Assembly: GCA_963770935.1 (NCBI GenBank) | Contig: CAVYRJ010000008.1 | Span: forward strand, 160,001-224,000 | Length of the DNA stretch: 64,000 nucleotides | Direction of reading: 5' to 3' | Origin: Candidatus Bathyarchaeota archaeon | GTDB taxonomy: Archaea > Thermoproteota > Bathyarchaeia > Bathyarchaeales > Bathycorpusculaceae | Part shown: positions 63,446 to 64,000 of the stretch, piece after piece | Position numbering within the stretch: position 1 is the first letter of the stretch | Layout: each line of letters opens with the position of its first letter | Translations under genes and position numbers: made by a program | Notes under the pieces: model-generated | Databases searched by the model: none | Seen by the model: the letters and a program-made list of their open reading frames with translations, nothing else | Told to the model about the DNA's origin: nothing

Positions 63446-64000
63446 ATGTTGGTTGCTGGTGTTGACGAAGCTGGACGTGGATGTGTTATTGGACCCTTGG
63501 TGGTTGCTGGCGTCGCAATAAAAGCTGAGAATTTGCCTTTGTTAATTGAGTTAGGTGTGAAAGATTCAAAGCTTCTCACTGCAAAGAAACGTGAAGAAAT
63601 GTATCCAGAAATCGTAAAGATAACTGAAAACCAGCAACATCATAAAGGTTCTTCCATACCAAATCGACAAAGCTGTTTTGAGCTCCAGAACTCTCCACAA
63701 ACTGAACCGTCTTGAGGCACAGACTATGGCGAAAATAATTGAAGCCCTAAAACCCGACGAAGCATACGTTGACGCAGCGGACGTTTTGGAGCACAGGTTT
63801 GGAAATCACATACGTGAATGCCTCACCATCAAAACAAAAATCATAGCCCAACATAAAGCTGACAGAACTTTTCCAGTGGTTTCTGCGGCATCAATTATAG
63901 CTAAAGTTGAACGGGACAAGGAGATAGCTAACCTGAAAGTAGAATATGGCGATTTTGGCAGCGGATATTTAACTGATGATAAAACCATGGTTTTTCTTAA
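63446..64000 (+). CDS. rnhB: Ribonuclease HII (frameshift near 63630; runs off the window)
   Basis: GVDEAGRG, GVKDSK; HKAD..VSAASIIAKVERD and GSGY in the shifted frame. Confidence 0.92.

Overview
Archaeal chromosomal DNA, most consistent with Bathyarchaeia (TACK). The lineage call rests on archaeal-type CCA enzyme, tRNA-splicing endonuclease, LeuRS/HisRS/TrpRS and NIP7, and is inferred, not searched. The window holds a surface-glycosylation cluster (1-11.2 kb), membrane proteins, housekeeping genes (mvaA, thpR, cca, mtnA, hisS, glnA, leuS, metYXW, pyrI, glgP, trpS, rnhB) and a small defence-like island (59.2-61.5 kb). At least 10 genes carry indels, probably sequencing or assembly errors. The main find is at 38.1-44.7 kb: two tandem modules, each with a degenerate isoprenyl-diphosphate-synthase-fold (ComQ-like) enzyme, an unannotated 13-17 aa basic peptide ending in Trp, and an MFS-like protein, followed by a radical SAM/SPASM enzyme. 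This is a candidate archaeal Trp-prenylated peptide (ComQ/ComX-like pheromone or RiPP) system. No rRNA, tRNA or CRISPR array was recognised.
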